64,000 bases of DNA from Candidatus Poribacteria bacterium (GTDB lineage: Bacteria; Poribacteria; WGA-4E; WGA-3G): positions 160,001 to 224,000 of the forward strand of contig OZ219753.1 of NCBI GenBank assembly GCA_964291315.2, given 5' to 3'. Shown one piece after another: positions 19,402-29,335 of this stretch. Each line of letters opens with the position of its first letter. The first letter of the stretch is position 1. Made by a program: the position numbers and the translations under genes. Below the pieces are notes generated by a model. That model did not search any database and had not been told where the DNA came from. It saw only the letters and a program-made list of their open reading frames with translations.

Positions 19402-22400
19402 TCAATCTCTCAAACCCATCCGATATTTGATGTCGTAGTTGATGATGAAGTCTAATTCTTCGTCCGTGAAGCCGTAGTGTTTTGCGAGGACGCGGTCTAT
19501 TTCGTCTATGATGTGCTTGGATTTTTGAATTTTGAATAACTGCGTTTCAGTGCGTCCAGTTGATTTTTGGCTAACTTCCATTGTACTGTTCTGTTGTAAG
19601 TCTTCCAAATATACCTCTCCAAGTCGAAGGAGGCGAGGATCATTGAGTGCAGACTCAGGGATAGGAAAATTTTGGACATCATATGGATTAAGTGTCCGAC
19701 AATCTGACGTAATAGTATACCACCACCAAAAACTGTTGCTGCTCAGGATAGCGATAGATGGTTTTATCATTTCTTTTTTTGCCAAAGAGAAAGAGGTTTC
19801 ACGTGAGGAATGTCCTATTTTGCCGTTGATTTTGAATGCTGGCGGAAAATTAGTGAACACTTTCCAATATCTTCCACCTGAATTACGATAATAAACACGA
19901 TGTTCACTTTTAGCCATGAATAATTTTAAAACGGTTGGTACTCTCAGGTATTTCTCTAGTAGACCGTTCTCAATTTCTAACCCTAACTTTGGTGCCCAAA
20001 AGGCTGTCCTATGGCGTGGTATCTCTACGTATTTGATGTTGTACATCCGCAAATCTTTGCTGTGTGAATACCACTTCTGATTGTTTGTAGAAAAGGTTCT
20101 ACCTTGTTTTGAAGGGGTTGCGGTGAAAATAGTGAGAGCTCGACTCACTGTATCAAACAATTTACCGGGAGAATCACTATAGTTAGCATACCAGACATTA
20201 CGGTCTTTTTCTAAGAGGTTCTGGATAATTTTCATTCGTTGTGTGGAAACTAATGCAGAAGGAACAATCATACTCAAACAGCCTTGCTGATTTAGCAGAC
20301 CCAAACTGCTGTCGATGCACATTGCATGAATCGCGCGGGTTTCGTAACTAACAAAATTTGTATTTGGTGTATAGTCAATTTTGTTTGATTCAAGGTAAGG
20401 CGGGTTTCCGATGATGACATCAAATCCGCCGTCTTTGAGGATGCTGTAGAAAGCAATGAACCAGTGGAACGGCTTATGCGTGGCAAGCCATTTGTGGTAA
20501 TCTGTGATTACCCCCCCCCGCTTATATTATGTGAAGTGTTCACGCCATACTCACCCGCAAGATAGATGTTCAACTCATCTTCTAAGACACCCAGTCTCTC
20601 CCGCAATGCCTGCTTATCCGCACGCGTCACGACCCCGCCTAACGCCGTCTGTTGCCTGCGGAACGCTTGGAACAACGCATCTACATCCTCCGCCTTCTCC
20701 CGAAGCCGCCGCATCGTGCCGTCAAAGTCCAGCTTGCCCGTCACCGCTCGCTCTACCGCATCATACGTTGAGAACCCGACGAGACTATTCCCCGACTGAA
20801 TGTTAAAGTCGATGTCTGGCAACGGCTCTATCTGCCGCACATCTTCAATCTGTGAGACCATCTTCAGAAAGAGCCGGAGCTTACAGATTTCAACCGCCTC
20901 CGCCATGATGTCCACACCGTAGAGGTTATTTATCACAATAGACTTGAGGATAAAATAGGCTCTGTTCGGATGCTGCTCTATACGCCCGAGCGTCTCTCGG
21001 AAGTCAGCATAGCGCCGGCCGGCACCCGAGTCGTCGTTGAGGAAGGCTTGCATTCGGTCGAGACACGCCTCATAGAGCGGCACGAGGATATTCACGGCAG
21101 CGAAGAGGAACGCTCCCGAGCCACACGTCGGATCCAGGATGCTGATGTGTCTGATCGCCTGCCAAAACGCACGCAGCAGCTCGGGGCCCTCACATCCCGC
21201 GATTACATCCTGTGCGAACTGGCGGACATCTAGATTGTAGGTAATCAGATCGTTGATGCTCCCGATGTCTCCGTTCACCAGCTTCGCACGCAGCGTCTCG
21301 TAGCGTTGCCGTCTCGCAACGACTTCCCGCCATATCTCTGTCGGCAAGGCATACTCGGAAGGTGCAACGGTGTTCCAATCCGTGCGCTTAGAGACATCCG
21401 CAACCCCCGCAGCGATGTGGGGCGGCAACTCTAATTCAGCACCTTTGCTCACAGCAGCGTAGATATAGCGCTCCGGGGCATCTCGCAGCAATTGCCACAC
21501 CGCACCACCCGCCGCAAACGCTATCTCACACGACCGACGCGCCGCATCAAAGAGAAACGGAATAATCGTGTTTTTGCTGATATACTCGGTGATGTCTTCC
21601 TTGGTATAATAAGCACCCATCTGCTTCTGATTGATGTATTTCTCAAAGATATATCCCAGCACATCCGGGTTGATCTCCGTGTCGTTTTTCAACGGGCGAT
21701 CGTCCAAATGCCACTGATACGCATCAAAGAAGCCGAAGAGCTGCTCAAACGCCGCATCCGGGATCTCAATACGCTCCCCGTGATGCGTCTCTATGGCGTG
21801 CTGCTCAAAGATGCCGCCGTTGAGATACGGCACATCCCCGAGAAGCCCGACCACAGCTCTGCCCCGCTCTGCCTCCGGCTTTGCGAACCCTTCAAAGAAC
21901 AGCGGACAGAGAAACGATCTATAGTACCGGTCGCTGCCACTCTTTTGCGTCTCCGTCAACGTGTGCCGCAGATAGTCTGGGTCGCTGTTGAGAAACCCCT
22001 TCTTCTGAATGAAATAGATGAACATCAGCCGATTCAGCAGGATAGAGACATATGCGCGCTGCACCTCGGCATCCGGGATGCCCGTGAGGAAGGATAAGAA
22101 CGCCGTCTGCTCTCGCTTGAAGCGATCGTAAAACTTCTTGGTCACCCGCTCCGCATAGAACGCGCTCCCGACGCGACCTGTCACGTCAGAGAGTGTCAGT
22201 TCGGCTTCTTCTTCAAGACTGAAGGCGATCGGCTCTAACTTTTGTATCAGCGACTCCCCCGATTGCGCCGTGTGATACCTGTGCTCTCGGCAGGCATCCG
22301 GCTTGCCCGGCTCCCTTCTGACCCACTGCCAGAGGTGGGTTGTCCTCTCGGCATCCGTGTAGATGATAATATGCTCATGCGCAGAGCGTGCGACTTGCTG

Positions 22401-22631
22401 CTGGATCTTCCGGCGCAGCGCATAATCGGGGAGTTGTCCATCTGCGTCTGTTGCGTGGCATTCAAAGACGAGCATGCCGCGTTTCTCTGCGACTGCGGAG
22501 AGGTGCCACTCGACCGCATCTACGCGGATCTTCAGCGCCTGTGTGTAGTGATCCCAACCGAGTGCTTGGGTGAAGAGGGCGCTAAAGTTAGCCGCTCTGA
22601 GATAGTCAAGTATCTGTTCTCGATGAAGCAT
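19402..22631 (-). CDS. Eco57I/type IIG-like N6-adenine DNA methyltransferase, frameshifted at a poly-G tract (phase-variable candidate, OFF as assembled)
   Basis: 5' ORF has GGIF, LGYIFE, GAYYT, ILDPTCGSGAFL, LYGVDI and GNSL; the -1 frame from 20511 continues KPFHWF...GGFDVIIGNPPY into the 19402-20322 ORF. Confidence 0.88.
20511..20519 (-). repeat. G9 homopolymer at the frameshift site
   Basis: C9 on the + strand directly next to the premature TAA (20508-20510). Confidence 0.95.
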
Positions 22632-22681
22632 AGATGTTTCCCCGTCCGTTCGTTTCCATTTACCGAAGACTAATAGGTAGG

Positions 22682-22710
22682 ATCTTAAAGCTTTTTTGCA
22701 GAATTGTCAA
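22682..22710 (-). promoter_or_regulatory. Sigma70-type promoter of the methyltransferase gene
   Basis: TTGACA-17bp-TAAGAT. Confidence 0.65.
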
Positions 22711-22874
22711 GCATTCATGCCGGAATGCCTCTCAACCAAGTTTGTAATTTCTCTATTTTCCCTAAGATAAGAGTAGGTAGGCGATGCTACCCAAATATAG
22801 CACTGCCCGCTGCTGCCAGATCAACCTTTTAGATCCTGTTTTAGACAGTCCGCAAAGGTTAACTGAAAACTGAC

Positions 22875-22903
22875 TTGACATGTCGCCAGAAATTGTGTAT
22901 AAT
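22875..22903 (+). promoter_or_regulatory. Consensus sigma70 promoter upstream of nusB
   Basis: TTGACA-17bp-TATAAT. Confidence 0.8.
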
Positions 22904-22976
22904 ACAAACGAATACCGACGCGATGACAAAACGTTTTCGTGTGATGGTGCTAAAAGTCAAAAAGTAGGAAAGGATA

Positions 22977-23396
22977 ATGTCCTCTCGTAGACAATCTCGC
23001 ATCACTGCGATGCAAATGTTATATCAGATTCACCTCATCGAAACGCCGGCGAAAGTCGTTATAGAACAGTTTTGCCAGAGCCAGAGCGTATCGGTAGAAC
23101 CTTGTTCCTTCGTAGTGCAACTCGTTGAAGGCACCACTGCATCTCTCGAAACAATTGACGCTTTACTTCAAAAGGTCTCTAAAAACTGGAAACTTCACCG
23201 GATGCCGATCGTAGACCTCTCGATCCTACGATGTGCCACTTATGAGATACTCTATCTCACTGATGTCGATCCAGCTGTCTCGATCAGTGAAGCTGTTGAG
23301 ATTGCCAAGACTTACAGCACGCTAGACTCGCCTAAATTCATCAACGGGGTCTTGGACAATGTCCGAAAAGAGCATCTTGATGCATCGAAGCCTTAA
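22977..23396 (+). CDS. nusB: Transcription antitermination factor NusB
   Basis: RRQSR..AMQMLYQ, WKLHRM..VDLSILR, SEAVEIAK.Y, KFINGVLD. Confidence 0.95.
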   Translation: MSSRRQSRITAMQMLYQIHLIETPAKVVIEQFCQSQSVSVEPCSFVVQLVEGTTASLETIDALLQKVSKNWKLHRMPIVDLSILRCATYEILYLTDVDPAVSISEAVEIAKTYSTLDSPKFINGVLDNVRKEHLDASKP

Positions 23397-23442
23397 AATA
23401 TCTGATCATCAGAAAGGTTGACTGTTTGTCCCGAAATAGGAA

Positions 23443-25257
23443 ATGTCTAAACTAAAAAATTTAATGCTCTGTCTTCTGCTCTTGTTTCCGATCCACATAA
23501 CCGCCGCGCAAGAATTCAAATTTGTTGGTGAGTTTGGCAGAAAAGGGGAGCGAGAGGCACAATTCGCAGAAACCTTATTCATGACGTTCTGCCCTGAGGG
23601 GGCCGTCTATATTACAGACACGGATAACTTCAGAATTCAAAAATTCGATCAAACCGGGAGTTTTGAATTCGAGATCCAGATGACGGAAGACAGCAAATTT
23701 CGGTTCATCAACCCTACAGATATTGCTATAGGAAGGGACGGTTCCATTTATGTAATGGATTGGAACTTCATGGAAATTTCAGACACAGTGTTGCAAGGAC
23801 CATCGCAACCAAAAATCTTCAACTATGCCCCATGCGTCCATAAATTTGATGCGCAAGGCGCTTTCGTAGCAACATACCCAATTCAAGATTTCAGCAAACG
23901 GGTAGCTTCCCTTGAATCAGCAAGTCCCGGACTCGATGCCGACGGCAATTATATCCTCATCATTCCACGAGGGGACACGAAACGCAATTTTTTATTGGGA
24001 ATAGATGGACGCGGAAACCTCTACGTTTGTGACAGCGGTGGACAGAAGAAATGTATCTTCAAACTTGATGCGATCGGTAGACCTGTTGCTCGCTATCCGA
24101 TTAGACAATCTGGGACAGGCGACCTCATTGAACCCGTGGATATGACTGTCGATGAAGATGGAAACGTCTATGTTGTTGATGAAAGAGGGCATCGGGTACT
24201 CAAATACAGTGCTGAGGGAAAATTCTTGTACGCCTTTGGCGAGTATGGGGACGCAGAAGCACAATTTATTGCCCCCTTTCGTATAGCAGCATTAAAAGAT
24301 GGAAGTCTGCTTATTGCCGACACTGCAAAGTATCTTAAGTATTTCGTTTCCACTCTTCCAACACGACTCAACGATCCGGTGCGCCAGCTTACCGGTGTAA
24401 CCCGTCTCTTTCGCTACCGTCTACGACGGATCCAGCGGTTTACTACAGACGGGGTATATACCGAAAACATGCTTATTCCATTCCAGAGAGAAGCTGAAGC
24501 CGATCTTGCACTGCAACTCAAGGGAATTGATAAGGATGGAAACCTTTACTACCTCGATTCAGCAGAATTACGTTTTAGGAAGTATGCCCCAACACGATCC
24601 CTGATCTCTTCTATGTTTCAGACAGAGCTCAAGCTCCGTTATACACGCGACCTACAAGACGTTGAAATTGATAATCAGGATGACTTGGACGCAGATCTCT
24701 ATACCAAATCTGATTTTGACGAACAGATTATTCAGGATACCGCTGATGCAAATTTGATTTTATCTTACGATATCAACGAGGCATATCGACTTGCCCTTTC
24801 CAATCGGCTCACTTTTGTCCAATCTACCGATACAAGTTACTATCGCGCACGAGCCTTCGAGGATTTCCGTGGAAGTTTCAATCAAGATGAGAGAGCAACC
24901 GAAACTTCTTGGGACAATCGAGTTCGACTTGATTTTGCATGGATACGCGACCAGAGTCTCTACAGTTATCGAGAAGCGCGTGCATTCGTCTATTTCAGCG
25001 TTGTCCGCGTCGGTTTTATTAGCGAGGCCCTTGACCGATTCAATTTCCGAAACTTTGACTTCAACGCGAATCTCTCTGATTGGGGTGCAGGCGTGCATTA
25101 CGACTTGAGCCGACGGTTCCGTCTGAATTTTGAAATCACACACTTTTTCGGCAAGAATCGGTATACCTATATTGATGAAACGAATGTCCTTTATGCCACC
25201 GGTTTTCAGGAAGCAGATCTCATACGCGCTGTTTTGTTGATAAACGGGATATTCTGA
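23443..25257 (+). CDS. Secreted NHL-repeat protein with putative C-terminal outer-membrane beta-barrel
   Basis: Signal peptide; NHL repeats (VYITDTDNFRIQKFD, VYVVDERGHRVLKY); amphipathic beta-strands from about residue 390; terminal Phe. Confidence 0.65.
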   Translation: MSKLKNLMLCLLLLFPIHITAAQEFKFVGEFGRKGEREAQFAETLFMTFCPEGAVYITDTDNFRIQKFDQTGSFEFEIQMTEDSKFRFINPTDIAIGRDGSIYVMDWNFMEISDTVLQGPSQPKIFNYAPCVHKFDAQGAFVATYPIQDFSKRVASLESASPGLDADGNYILIIPRGDTKRNFLLGIDGRGNLYVCDSGGQKKCIFKLDAIGRPVARYPIRQSGTGDLIEPVDMTVDEDGNVYVVDERGHRVLKYSAEGKFLYAFGEYGDAEAQFIAPFRIAALKDGSLLIADTAKYLKYFVSTLPTRLNDPVRQLTGVTRLFRYRLRRIQRFTTDGVYTENMLIPFQREAEADLALQLKGIDKDGNLYYLDSAELRFRKYAPTRSLISSMFQTELKLRYTRDLQDVEIDNQDDLDADLYTKSDFDEQIIQDTADANLILSYDINEAYRLALSNRLTFVQSTDTSYYRARAFEDFRGSFNQDERATETSWDNRVRLDFAWIRDQSLYSYREARAFVYFSVVRVGFISEALDRFNFRNFDFNANLSDWGAGVHYDLSRRFRLNFEITHFFGKNRYTYIDETNVLYATGFQEADLIRAVLLINGIF

Positions 25258-25554
25258 CATGGAGGCTGCACAGCTGCTGTGCTTTCCAAAGATTTCTTGG
25301 GATAAGCGGAATCTATGTTATGTCGCTTTCAACTCCGTATAGGAAGTAGCTCTGTAAAGTGTAGAACGCTGTTCTGAAGCTCAACCTCTTTTCTTTTGAC
25401 TGATAAAAACTAAAGACCGCCATTCAAGAAAGTTGAAATATTCCGTATAATCGTATATCATAATCAGAATTAAATGCACTTTGAGGACGCGGCGAGCATC
25501 CTCTGAAGTTTTATTTACTCTCTATCTCGCTAACGCGCAATAGGAGGCATCAGT

Positions 25555-26403
25555 ATGGCAACTTTTGGGACAGGTGAGTATCAGTATGAAGTTGTGGAAG
25601 GCTGGGGCATGATTCCGCAACTCGGCCTCGTTTCTGGCGTGGCTTGTGACTCAAATGATCGTGTCTACGTCTACAATCGGAGCCCACAACCCGCTATGCT
25701 CGTTTTCGAGCCTGACGGCACACTTATCGACGAATGGGGCAAGGATATTTTCCGGAAACCCCATGGCATCTGGATTAGTCCCGATGACGACATCTATACT
25801 ACAGACACCCTCGATCACACCGTGCGGAAATTTTCGCTTGATGGAAAACTTTTGCGGACCTTTGGCACTCTCAATCAACCCGGGGGAGTTGGGGAGCCCT
25901 TTAACCAGCCGACGCGAGCTGTGCTCTCAGGGTCGGGTGAGATGTACGTCTCTGACGGTTACGGACAATCACGCGTCCATAGGATGACAGCAGATGGGCA
26001 AGTCATTGTTTCGTGGGGAACCTCCGGCACTGGGCCCGGAGAGTTTAACCTTCCGCACGATGTCACTGTAGACCATAACGAGCGCATCTACATTCTCGAT
26101 CGCGGAAACCTCCGCTGCCAGATTTTCAACAACAAAGGTGAATATCTCACTGAGTGGAGAGACCTTCGTGCCCCGAATGACCTCTTTATTGATCGTAATA
26201 ATATCATCCATATCGCGGAGGCGGGGCAACGCATCAGTATTATGACGTTTGACGGTGAAATTATCGGACGCTGGGGAGAGAGAGGAACTGCCCCCGGACA
26301 GTTCAGCGACTCTCCACACGGGATCTGGATCGATTCAAGCGGAGACCTCTACGTTAGCGAAGTTGTCGCTGACAGATGCCTCCAAAAATTCGTGAGGATT
26401 TAA
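25555..26403 (+). CDS. NHL-repeat protein, peptidyl-alpha-hydroxyglycine amidating lyase-like
   Basis: PHGIWI, YVSDGYGQSRV, FNLPHDV, LDRGNLRCQIF. Confidence 0.85.
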   Translation: MATFGTGEYQYEVVEGWGMIPQLGLVSGVACDSNDRVYVYNRSPQPAMLVFEPDGTLIDEWGKDIFRKPHGIWISPDDDIYTTDTLDHTVRKFSLDGKLLRTFGTLNQPGGVGEPFNQPTRAVLSGSGEMYVSDGYGQSRVHRMTADGQVIVSWGTSGTGPGEFNLPHDVTVDHNERIYILDRGNLRCQIFNNKGEYLTEWRDLRAPNDLFIDRNNIIHIAEAGQRISIMTFDGEIIGRWGERGTAPGQFSDSPHGIWIDSSGDLYVSEVVADRCLQKFVRI

Positions 26404-26409
26404 CCTATT

Positions 26410-27321
26410 TTGAAGAAACGTTACCTTCATATTTGTTATATTTTAGGCATCGCTTTTATTGCAATCGCCGCATGCACACTCGGAATTGCCGATGAAGGAC
26501 ATGAACATTCAGGGGATCGGATAAGGGAACTGATAAACCAACCTCTTACGTTTCAATTGGCAATCGCTGCACTTGTTATTTCATTTGTGCTTGGTGGATT
26601 ACATGCATTGACCCCCGGTCACGGAAAAGCTATAGTCGGTGCTTACCTTGTTGGTTCTAAAGGTAGGATCATTGACGCAATATTTCTTGGACTTGTCGTT
26701 ACTTTTACGCACACCTTCAGTGTCATCGCGCTCGGTGTCATTATGTTAGTGGCCCAGGAGTTTGCCCCCGAGGATATTATCCCATGGTTGAGTCTATTTT
26801 CGGGTGCCCTAATTGTCGGTATTGGAGCGTGGCTGCTTGCAAAAAACATGAAACAGTATTATACCGGCAACGCACACAACTACAGGCCCGGAAATCCTCA
26901 TCACGAACATGATCATGAGCATTCGCATGAGCACACCCATCAACCTGGGGATTCGCACAGCCATGGTGGGGATACGCATAGTCATGTCCCGCCCGAAGGG
27001 ACCGGTTTTTGGAGTTTGTTATCGCTCGGCATTTCCGGCGGGATCGTACCGTGTGTTGATGCACTCATTGGACTTCTCTTCGCAATCAGTCTTAACAAAC
27101 TGGTGTGGGGTCTAGTTATTCTATGTGCATTCTCATTGGGGCTTGCTGCTGTATTGGTCGCTATCGGTATTTTGATGGTAATGGCAAAACCGTTGATTGC
27201 ACGTTTCACAGGGGAAGGTGTCTGGCTACAACGCCTGCCTATTTTCAGTGCAGTTGTTGTCATCTTGCTCGGGGCAATATTGGTATTCAAAGCAATCAGC
27301 ACTGTTGGCATTTCACTATAG
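26410..27321 (+). CDS. Ni/Co efflux transporter, RcnA/NicO family
   Basis: LHALTPGHGK, His-rich loop, GIVPC, multiple TM helices. Confidence 0.88.
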   Translation: MKKRYLHICYILGIAFIAIAACTLGIADEGHEHSGDRIRELINQPLTFQLAIAALVISFVLGGLHALTPGHGKAIVGAYLVGSKGRIIDAIFLGLVVTFTHTFSVIALGVIMLVAQEFAPEDIIPWLSLFSGALIVGIGAWLLAKNMKQYYTGNAHNYRPGNPHHEHDHEHSHEHTHQPGDSHSHGGDTHSHVPPEGTGFWSLLSLGISGGIVPCVDALIGLLFAISLNKLVWGLVILCAFSLGLAAVLVAIGILMVMAKPLIARFTGEGVWLQRLPIFSAVVVILLGAILVFKAISTVGISL

Positions 27322-27517
27322 ATCTAGCACCCCAAATAAGAATTTAGAGTATGTAGCCTGAGATGTCCGTTTAGTACTACATGCAGTAAAGGGGTTTCGT
27401 CTATACAACTGAAAAAGCCTGAGAGCTGCTTGTCAGCTGAACCGCTACCCTGGGGGCACGTCAGCTTTGAATCTGTAGAAATAGGAACTAACCGAAAGAA
27501 AGGAGTCTCGGTCTATT

Positions 27518-28399
27518 ATGCCTGACACTGTCGGAATTTTAAGCCCTGGTGATATGGGGCACACCGTCGGACATGTCCTCCGTCAAAACGGTTTACGCGT
27601 CATCACTTGTTTACGCGGAAGGAGTCCGCGCACCCAACAGCTCGCGGAAAAAGCAGGTATTCAAGATGTCCGGACGTATCTACAATTCGTCACCGAAGCA
27701 GATCTTATCCTCTCAATTATGGTGCCGGCACAGGCAATGTCTGCTGCCTCCGTAGTTGCAGAAGCGCTCCGGCATGTAGACACGCCCCTAACCTATGCGG
27801 ACTGCAACGCTATCGCTCCACAAACCGTTCGCAAATTGGGAAATGTTATTACCGAGACAGGCGGGAATTTCGTCGATGCCTCCATCATTGGTCCACCACC
27901 GCGTAATCCAGGAGCGACCCGATTCTATGCATCAGGACCCGACCTTAATTTCTTCTCAGAACTCAATAATTACGGATTGGATGTGCGAATGCTCGGCGCG
28001 GAGGTAGGACTCGCCTCTGCGATTAAAATGTGTTATGCCTCTTTAACAAAGGGACTAACTGCGCTCTGCACTGAATTGCTTACAGCGGCGAAGGTTTTAG
28101 GGGTGTCAGAAGCACTCACGGCTGAGTTTCAGTTGAGTCAATCTGCGCTCTTTGAACGAATGGAAAAGGGGCTGCCGACTATGCCCACTAAGGCACGCCG
28201 TTGGATCGGCGAGATGGAAGAGATCTCAGCAACTTTCGATCATGTCGGATTGACACCAAACATCTTGACAGGTGCAGCAGATATGTATCGCTTTGTCGGG
28301 GACACACATCTTGCAAATCTGCCGCCTGAAGCTCGCGACAAGCTCCCTACTTTAACGGAACTTATCGAAACCTTGGCGAAAAATCTTAAATTGGAGTAG
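27518..28399 (+). CDS. NAD(P)-dependent oxidoreductase with DUF1932
   Basis: PGDMG, DCNAIAP, IIGPPP, KMCYASLTKG, RRWIGEMEEI. Confidence 0.85.
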   Translation: MPDTVGILSPGDMGHTVGHVLRQNGLRVITCLRGRSPRTQQLAEKAGIQDVRTYLQFVTEADLILSIMVPAQAMSAASVVAEALRHVDTPLTYADCNAIAPQTVRKLGNVITETGGNFVDASIIGPPPRNPGATRFYASGPDLNFFSELNNYGLDVRMLGAEVGLASAIKMCYASLTKGLTALCTELLTAAKVLGVSEALTAEFQLSQSALFERMEKGLPTMPTKARRWIGEMEEISATFDHVGLTPNILTGAADMYRFVGDTHLANLPPEARDKLPTLTELIETLAKNLKLE

Positions 28400-28454
28400 A
28401 CCGCAGCACAGTATCTAGTGTGTGAGGTGTGAAAGGTGCCGTTTCTTCTGAAAC

Positions 28455-29249
28455 TTACTCTTCAGTGACAGGCGGTTTAAGAATCCACGCTTGGAAAGTA
28501 GTCATATCCGTAAAGAATGAACGCATCAGTGCAAACTCGCCCGGATCACCAATTGCACACCATAAAAGTCCTTGCCAAACGCCATGTGTTTCTAGCTTTT
28601 CGCGCCAAACCTCTTTGAAAACGTTGTTATGCTCCGTCATAAATAGAGAAGACATGCCGATATGAACGATTTGACTATGCAAGCCGGATGCCTCCACATC
28701 CTCTTCCATTAGTGGGGCTATCAGGTATGTCTGATGGAGTTCATTGAGTTCTTTCATATTGTCCTGTGGGGCTTCAACGGTAGTACCCCATGCTCGAACT
28801 TTGAAGTAATAATTTGTCCATATCTCTAGTTCTGCATTTTCTTTGTCCGATCCAAGCGTGGCTGTGATGCGAGAACGAGCAATGGTTCTCATATTGGTTG
28901 TAGGCATTGCAGCGATATAGGCTGGAAAGTTTTCGTAGGTTTCGTCTTCCATTCCTTTAAGATGTGCCAGATACGGTTCACTCGACAAGACCTTTTCTAA
29001 ATCGTTTGGATTTTGAGATGCCACTATCTCTCTTGTGCCCGCAAGCAGTTGGGATAACAGCTCTTCTTGAACCACAGTTAGCGGTTGGCGTGCCGACGCT
29101 TCTAATGCACGAATATATTGACGGTGCTGCGCCATGCTTTCTTCCATCTCGTTGTACATCTTAACGAACCACGGAACGACAAAGGCCGCTCCAACAAGAA
29201 GAAGGGAAACGCCTATACCGATAAGAATCAGGAAGATGGGTTTCTTCAT
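28455..29249 (-). CDS. Membrane-anchored hypothetical protein
   Basis: N-terminal TM helix; AAAGGA RBS. Confidence 0.7.
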   Translation of the reverse strand: MKKPIFLILIGIGVSLLLVGAAFVVPWFVKMYNEMEESMAQHRQYIRALEASARQPLTVVQEELLSQLLAGTREIVASQNPNDLEKVLSSEPYLAHLKGMEDETYENFPAYIAAMPTTNMRTIARSRITATLGSDKENAELEIWTNYYFKVRAWGTTVEAPQDNMKELNELHQTYLIAPLMEEDVEASGLHSQIVHIGMSSLFMTEHNNVFKEVWREKLETHGVWQGLLWCAIGDPGEFALMRSFFTDMTTFQAWILKPPVTEE

Positions 29250-29335
29250 TTTAATGTATCCTTTTTCGTTAAAGGTTTATCTCACCATAGCATTTTTTGA
29301 GGCAGGTGCCAACTTTTTCGGAACGAGGACTTGCG

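Noticed and set aside
26895-26990. CAT/CAC-rich quasi-repeats
   Set aside because: They encode the His-rich loop of the RcnA-like transporter
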